From the human T2T-CHM13v2.0 reference genome, Homo sapiens, in NCBI RefSeq assembly GCF_009914755.1, contig NC_060931.1: a stretch of DNA of 64,000 nt. One strand, given 5' to 3'. Within the stretch, counting starts at the first letter, position 1; each line of letters opens with the position of its first letter. Under the pieces are notes generated by a model. The model had not been told where the DNA came from, did no database searches, and was given only the letters and a program-made list of their open reading frames with translations. Shown piece after piece: positions 62,939-64,000 of this stretch. The translations under genes were made by a program, and so were the position numbers.

Positions 62939-63689
62939 AGGCCCTGTGTTCTCTGTGTAGCAAGAGGCAGGAAGCTAAGCACAAAGGTTGCCAGATAGCA
63001 GGGACTGGCTGGCTGTTAGTGAGCCAGGGCCAGTGGCATTTAATTGCAGTCATTCCCATTCTTTGCTGAGCTTTGGTCATAACTATTTGTAGAGGACCCC
63101 TAGACTTTTTTTTTTTCTTCCAGGACAAAAGTGATCCAAAACATACTGTCTTCAGTTTTTGAGCATTGGACTACCAAACAGGAACATTTAAGGAAAACAA
63201 AATGTTGCTGTTGTAAAGCCTTGATGGTGGGAAGTTATGTAGTGAATTCTCAATTTCTTCTTCCTGCATCTTGTCTTAAAAAAAAAAAAAAACTTTTAAA
63301 GTTTTTGTTTGTTCATCATTCATTCATTAATAAGTCAAGATGTAGAGGGCTCAGTAGCCTTCCCCTAGTTTTCTACATTTCTGACTTTGGTAAACTTCCT
63401 TTACTTCTGCAATTTCCCTAATTGTAATATTAACATATATCTAAAAAGAATACAATGGTTATGTAAACCTCCTAGCACTTAATAGGCACTCAAGACAATA
63501 TGACTTAACTGTATAAGAATGACTAATGTGCTATGTTTATTTATTTGGCTTCATTCATTTTGCCAGCAATGGTGTAGTATATATGTAGTATATATTAAAA
63601 ATCTCTTGAGTAAGAGAGGTTTGGAATGGGAAAAGGAACCAAGAAAATCTCACCATCTTTCTTCTGCTTGGCAGCAAGTCTTGAATTCT

Positions 63690-63988
<299 letters not shown>

Positions 63989-64000
63989 AGAGTCTTGAAT

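Overview
This is human (primate) genomic DNA covering the 5' end of AUTS2 (7q11.22). It has about 16 kb of Alu/LTR/L1-rich upstream sequence, a large CpG-island bidirectional promoter (~16090-19100), the long GC-rich first exon with coding segment 18437-18745 (103 codons, [15 protein letters not shown]...[20 protein letters not shown], then a GTAAG donor), and the first ~45 kb of the very large intron 1. A short divergent minus-strand lncRNA (probably CT66) fits 14921-16278. The other ORFs in the track are Alu-, L1-, LTR- or GC-content artefacts. I see no well-supported new biological system. The best leads are regulatory: three uORFs and a cryptic intron in the AUTS2 5' leader, several CGG/GCN tracts that share one open frame (polyG/polyA/polyR), a well-defined plus-strand orphan exon upstream of the promoter, a near-consensus human-specific AluYb8 in intron 1, and a flip in Alu orientation and base skew across the CpG island. 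Repeat subfamily calls are by eye from remembered consensus sequences and boundaries are approximate.
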